Assembly: GCA_965116905.1 (NCBI GenBank)
Contig: OZ220732.1
Coordinates: forward strand, 1,312,001-1,376,000
Length of the DNA: 64,000 bases
Reading direction: 5' to 3'
Source of the DNA: Longimicrobiales bacterium
GTDB taxonomy: Bacteria > Gemmatimonadota > Gemmatimonadetes > Longimicrobiales > Gaopeijiaceae
Shown: piece after piece, positions 59,517 through 64,000 of the stretch
Layout: each line of letters begins with the position of its first letter
Numbering within the stretch: the first letter of the stretch is position 1
Notes under the pieces: model-generated
What the model saw: only the letters and a program-made list of their open reading frames with translations
Told to the model about the DNA's origin: nothing
Database searches by the model: none
Position numbers and translations under genes: made by a program

Positions 59517-60623
59517 CTAGCGCCGCGTCCAGATCACGATGAGCCCGCAGGATGATCCGGTTCCCCCGTACTTCACCGGGATCCCCGCCGTTCTCGTGTA
59601 GACCTCCACACCCGCAAGGGCGCTGCGCATAAGGAGGATGTCGAGCTCGGCGGGCAGGTCCGAGCCTCCTCCCACCATCATGTCATCGAGCACTACACGG
59701 GGGAAGCACCGCCGGTCGCGACCGGCGCTGAGCATGACATGCCGCCGGCCCGTGGGGCCCGCAACCAACGTGACGCCCGCCAGTCCCAGGAACAGGTCGC
59801 TCATGTTTCCGGGAGGTCGCTTCTCGATATCGTCGCGGTCGAGGAACTTCCCGAATCCGATGGCCTCGCGGCGGTAGAATCCCGCCTGCTCAAGCACGAT
59901 GTCGCGCCTCTCGACGCTCACCTCGATCGGATCCAGCTGCACGGGGTCGGCCGAGAGCAATACGCGGATGTTGCTCATCCTCCCGTACTCGACGCCGATC
60001 GAGTCGGCGCGCGTCGCGTACCCAAGGTGGGAGAACCGGACGAGGTGTTGGCCGGGATACAGCCTGGTGAAGGTGAAACGGCCCCGTCCATCCGTCTGCG
60101 TCGCCTGGGGTGCGGCCGCCGTCCACACGGTGGCTCCGGCCACCGGCCTGCCGTCGACGCCGTCCCTCACCACGCCGGTGATGCCCGTCATCAACCCGTC
60201 CTCCAGGTACTCGATGGGCTGCATGGCCGTGGCGAATTCGCCGCTGCCGAGGACCGTGAAGTCGTCCACAAAGGTCTGATAGCCCGGGTGGGAAAGCCCG
60301 AGCTTGTATGCGCCGATGGGGATCCGGGTGATCGTGAACCGTCCGTTGTCGTCGGACTCGAGCCGCACGTCCGCACCGTCGACCACGACGACGACGCCGG
60401 CCAGGGGCTCTCCGGTGACTGCATCCACGACGGTGCCCCTGACCGTGACCAGGGGACGGTCGCGCACCTCCTGGGCAGCACCGCCCGTCGCCCAGGCCAG
60501 TCCCGCCGCGCACACGAGAGGAGCCGCTGCCCTCAGGATCGGGCACCGTCGCTCGGCGCTCTGGGCCAGACGAGGGCGCCACCGGCGGTACGCTCGCGCG
60601 GGGAGTGTTGTGCCCGCAAACAT
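59517..60623 (-). CDS. Secreted protein with two carboxypeptidase-regulatory-like domains and a TonB plug-like C-terminus (no barrel)
   Basis: GTVVDAVTGEPLAG, GVVRDGVDGRPVAGA, GFYRR..GFGKFL, GVEVY, CGLIVIWTRR. Confidence 0.7.
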   Translation of the reverse strand: MFAGTTLPARAYRRWRPRLAQSAERRCPILRAAAPLVCAAGLAWATGGAAQEVRDRPLVTVRGTVVDAVTGEPLAGVVVVVDGADVRLESDDNGRFTITRIPIGAYKLGLSHPGYQTFVDDFTVLGSGEFATAMQPIEYLEDGLMTGITGVVRDGVDGRPVAGATVWTAAAPQATQTDGRGRFTFTRLYPGQHLVRFSHLGYATRADSIGVEYGRMSNIRVLLSADPVQLDPIEVSVERRDIVLEQAGFYRREAIGFGKFLDRDDIEKRPPGNMSDLFLGLAGVTLVAGPTGRRHVMLSAGRDRRCFPRVVLDDMMVGGGSDLPAELDILLMRSALAGVEVYTRTAGIPVKYGGTGSSCGLIVIWTRR

Positions 60624-60661
60624 GGTCAGTAGATACTTCAGCGAAGGAGGCAACGTTCCTG

Positions 60662-61960
60662 ATGAATACTACCACGGCCATGCTGGCTCGGCACTACGCC
60701 CGCTTCCGGGTGTCCGAGCGTGTGCTGCTCACCGGGCACTCCCACCAGGCGTGGCCGGATGTGGCGTTTTCCGCCCAGAAGCAGGCGTGGCTGGATGCCG
60801 CGGAACTCGTCGACGACAAGTGGGGACGCGCCTTCGAGGCGGCCGACGAGGTGCGGGCCGGCTTCCGACGGCTTCTGGACGACCCGGACGGCCACATCGC
60901 GCTGGGGCAGAATACGCACGAGCTGCTGATCCGGTTCCTGTCGGCGCTGCCGCTGCGGGAACGGCCGCGCCTGGTCACGACCGACGGCGAATTCCACACG
61001 ATCCGGCGCCAGCTCGACCGCCTGGAGGCAGAGGGGATCGAGATCGTGCGGGTGACGACGGGAACGGGTCACGGGGCGGGTGGAGCCGGCGCGAGTGGAG
61101 ACGGCGCGAGTGGACACGGCGCGGTAGCCGAGGGAATCGTGGACGCCGTGGACGACCGCACCGCCGCCGTGCTGGTATCGTCGGTGCTGTTCCGGGACGC
61201 GCGAATCGTGGAGGGGCTGGACGAGGTGGCCGCGGCATGCGCCCGCGTCGGCGCCGAGCTGCTGGTCGACGCCTACCACTCGCTCAACGCAGTGCCGTTT
61301 TCGGTCGCCGAGCTGGGGCTGGAGGGCGCGTTCGTGGTGGGCGGCGGGTACAAGTACTGCCAGCTGGGCGAAGGGAACTGCTTCCTCAGATTCCCGCGGG
61401 ACTGCGCGTTGCGGCCCGTGCTGACGGGCTGGTTCGCGGAGTTCGGGACGCTGGCCGACGAGCCTGGAGGGGGCGGCAAGCCGACCGATGGCGGCGTTGC
61501 ATATGGAGAAGGCCACCTGCGGTTCGCGGGGTCCACCTACGACCCGGTCAGCCACTACCGGGCGGCGGCGGTTTTCGGCTTCTTCCGGGAGCACGAGCTG
61601 AATGTGGAGCGGCTGCGCGAGATCGGACTGAGCCAGATCCGGCGACTGGCCGCGAGCGTGGACGCGCTGGACGCGGATCCGGCCGTGCTCAAGCGGGATC
61701 GCACCGTGCGGTTGTCACGCCGCGCCGGCTTTCTGACCATGGAAGCGCCCCGCGCCGGTGAGATCTGTTGCAAGCTGCGCGGACTCGGGGTCTACGCGGA
61801 TTTCCGGGGCCGCGTGCTTCGCCTGGGGCCCGCGCCGTACGTGACCGGGGAGCAGCTGGATGAGGGGGTCGCCGCGCTGGGGGAGGTGGTGGACCAGCTG
61901 GTCACCACGACCGCCTCATCGACCAGCCGGCCCCAGGCGTCATATCCCGTCAAGGATTGA
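60662..61960 (+). CDS. kynU: Kynureninase (divergent type)
   Basis: AAGGAGG RBS; LTGHSHQAWP, DAYH, GGGYKY, RPVLTGWF, DFRG..LRLGPAPY; clustered with kynA. Confidence 0.8.
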   Translation: MNTTTAMLARHYARFRVSERVLLTGHSHQAWPDVAFSAQKQAWLDAAELVDDKWGRAFEAADEVRAGFRRLLDDPDGHIALGQNTHELLIRFLSALPLRERPRLVTTDGEFHTIRRQLDRLEAEGIEIVRVTTGTGHGAGGAGASGDGASGHGAVAEGIVDAVDDRTAAVLVSSVLFRDARIVEGLDEVAAACARVGAELLVDAYHSLNAVPFSVAELGLEGAFVVGGGYKYCQLGEGNCFLRFPRDCALRPVLTGWFAEFGTLADEPGGGGKPTDGGVAYGEGHLRFAGSTYDPVSHYRAAAVFGFFREHELNVERLREIGLSQIRRLAASVDALDADPAVLKRDRTVRLSRRAGFLTMEAPRAGEICCKLRGLGVYADFRGRVLRLGPAPYVTGEQLDEGVAALGEVVDQLVTTTASSTSRPQASYPVKD

Positions 61961-63353
61961 CCAACCGCTCCAACTCCTCCGGCGCCCGCGGCAGCCCCGA
62001 CGTCAGCACCTCCACGCCGTCCTCGGTCACCAGAACCACCTCTTCGACGAACACCGAGACCCCGAGTTCGTGGTTGTAGTACCACGGCTCGATCGTGAAG
62101 ATCATGCCGGGCGCGAGCGGCTCGTCGAGCAGCGCCGGGTCGCCCGCCGATAGCCCGATGTGGTGGCCGAAAAACGACGGCGTCTGCATGTGCGCCTCTT
62201 CGTGATCCGGAATCGCGGCGTACGCGACCGCGGTCAGCTCCCGAAGGGTCACACCCGGTCGGACTGCCGCGATGATCGCCTCGGCGGCGCGTGTGCTGAC
62301 CATGAGCTTCTCGCGCTGCACCTCGGTGAAGGTCCCGTTGACCGGAAACGTCCGCCCGATATCGCTCACATAGCCATTGACTTCGCACCCCACGTCGAAA
62401 ACCACCAGGTCGCCGTCGCGCAGCCCCCGATTGCGACGGTCGTAGTGGGCGGCGAGGATCCGCCACGGCCATAGGCTGTTGGGCCCGGATTTCACGATCG
62501 GCGTGAACGGGATCGACTGCGAGCCGAAGGTCCGGCACGTCCGCTCGAACTCGCCCTGCAGCGTGCGCTCATCCACACCCGCACGAATCCGGCTGGCGGC
62601 CGTGCGGATTCCGGCCATGGTGGCGTCCGCGGCAGCCCGCATCCGCACGATTTCGGCCGGCGTCTTGATCATGCGGAGCCGGGCCACGGGCTCGAACGCA
62701 TTCCGAATCTCGGCCCCGGGGTAGTCGGTTTGAAGTCGGTGGATGAGGGCGGCGGTGGCATCGAGGGTGCCGATCAACGGAACCACCTGCCCGGAAACGG
62801 GCCCTGCGGTGCCTGCATTGACACGCAACGCGGTTCCCCCGGCGACCCGTTCCCGCACAAAGGCGTCCAGTTCCGCGATGTCGCGGTACCGGTCGATCCC
62901 GGCGATGCTCCGCAGCTGATAGTCGTCCAGCAGTGGCCGGCCCGGGAAGTCGTTCGGCCGGCCCGGATTCTCGAAGCGGGGGTCGCGCGGCGGCATGAAG
63001 AGGATCGAGAGGCCCTGGTCGGCGTCGAGGACCAGCATCGACGACGGCACTTCCAGCCCGGTGAGGTACCAGAAGTCTTCAAGTTGCCGGAACGTGCCTC
63101 CGTGCGTCGTGCCGTCGGAGGACGGCGTCAGCAGGAGGCCGCCGCCGGTGACGCGCAGTCCGTCCAGGAGTCGGCCCCGCCGGTACTGGTACTCCTGCGG
63201 TCGGAAATCGGGGCGAGCCCAGTCCGTGTAGCGCTGCTCGGGCGTCTGCGCGGCGAGCGACGTCGGTGAGGCCGCCGCCAGCCAGACCGCGGCGGCGGTG
63301 CCCGATGCGATCATCAGGCGCGTGACGATGCGGCGACACCGTGGTCCCGTCAT
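61950..63353 (-). CDS. Xaa-Pro aminopeptidase (M24B), with signal peptide
   Basis: GAGGAG RBS; FRQLEDFWYLTG, RMIKT, DVGCE..GYVSDIGRT, GHHIGL, TIEP. Confidence 0.88.
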   Translation of the reverse strand: MTGPRCRRIVTRLMIASGTAAAVWLAAASPTSLAAQTPEQRYTDWARPDFRPQEYQYRRGRLLDGLRVTGGGLLLTPSSDGTTHGGTFRQLEDFWYLTGLEVPSSMLVLDADQGLSILFMPPRDPRFENPGRPNDFPGRPLLDDYQLRSIAGIDRYRDIAELDAFVRERVAGGTALRVNAGTAGPVSGQVVPLIGTLDATAALIHRLQTDYPGAEIRNAFEPVARLRMIKTPAEIVRMRAAADATMAGIRTAASRIRAGVDERTLQGEFERTCRTFGSQSIPFTPIVKSGPNSLWPWRILAAHYDRRNRGLRDGDLVVFDVGCEVNGYVSDIGRTFPVNGTFTEVQREKLMVSTRAAEAIIAAVRPGVTLRELTAVAYAAIPDHEEAHMQTPSFFGHHIGLSAGDPALLDEPLAPGMIFTIEPWYYNHELGVSVFVEEVVLVTEDGVEVLTSGLPRAPEELERLVNP

Positions 63354-63404
63354 GATCCCGTCCTCCTCTTTGAGTTGCTGCGCGGCTACGGTAACTTCGC
63401 GACC

Positions 63405-64000
63405 ATGAAGATTGCCATCTATGGCGCGGGCGGTGTCGGCGGCTACTACGGCGGCGTACTCGCGCGCGAGGGCCAGGGTCGCGCGGGTCACGACGTCGCG
63501 CTGCTGGCCCGCGGCGACCACCTCGCCGCCATCCGGGAATCCGGTCTCCGGGTGCGCTCCCCCCGGGGAGGTTTCGTCGCGCGGCCCGCCCTCGCCACCG
63601 ACGACCCCGGCGAGATCGGCCCGGTGGATGCGGTCATCGTCGCGGTCAAAACGCTGCACCTGCCGGCCGTGCGCGACGGCATCGGGCCGCTGCTGGGTCC
63701 CCACACGCTCGTCGTTCCGCTTCTCAACGGCGTCGACGCGCACGAGGTGCTCGTCCCGGCGGTGGGGCGGGCGCGGATGGGCAAGGGACTCACGCGCATC
63801 ATCAGCGAGATCGCGGCCCCGGGGGAGATCCGGCACATCGGCGTGGATCCGTACATGGCCATGGCCGAATGGGACGGCAGCGCCTCGGCACGGGTCGACG
63901 CCCTGGTGGCCGCGCTGCGCGATGCGGGCGTCGACGCCGAGGTGCCTCCCGACATCGATGCGGCGCTCTGGCTGAAGTTCCTGTTCATCTGCTCGGTGGG
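63405..64000 (+). CDS. panE: Ketopantoate reductase (3' truncated by window edge; absent from ORF track)
   Basis: My translation: MKIAIYGAGGVGGYYG...LLARGDHL...IVAVK...PLLNGV...LWLKF. Confidence 0.85.
   Translation, partial: MKIAIYGAGGVGGYYGGVLAREGQGRAGHDVALLARGDHLAAIRESGLRVRSPRGGFVARPALATDDPGEIGPVDAVIVAVKTLHLPAVRDGIGPLLGPHTLVVPLLNGVDAHEVLVPAVGRARMGKGLTRIISEIAAPGEIRHIGVDPYMAMAEWDGSASARVDALVAALRDAGVDAEVPPDIDAALWLKFLFICSV

Overview
A high-GC (visually about two-thirds G+C) bacterial chromosomal segment. Gene content and style suggest Gemmatimonadota or a similar diderm, but this is inference only. It is almost fully coding, with no rRNA, tRNA, CRISPR array, transposase or prophage genes seen. 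In order it holds: the batA-E operon; a putative methylated-amine catabolic cluster (DMGO-like flavoprotein, uncharacterised HD protein, BBOX/TauD-like Fe/2OG dioxygenase, GcvT/DmdA-like demethylase, BCCT transporter); a TonB receptor, tkt and leuS; an SDR whose 3' end is tandemly duplicated next to an AT-rich structured element; an ABC exporter, a hisC-like gene, uvrA, a GT2 and gyrA; a TonB receptor plus lipoprotein behind a Pho-box-like phased repeat; DsbA/VKOR; XdhC and a MocA-XdhC fusion; fadJ; metG; and a tryptophan to anthranilate to anthraniloyl-CoA cluster (kynA, kynU, abm-like genes). That last cluster lacks kynB but carries a creatininase-family amidohydrolase, a candidate non-orthologous kynurenine formamidase. 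A dif-like AT-rich palindrome lies inside the CoA-ligase gene. Short tandem micro-duplications are unusually common throughout. All product calls come from motif recognition by eye; no searches were run.
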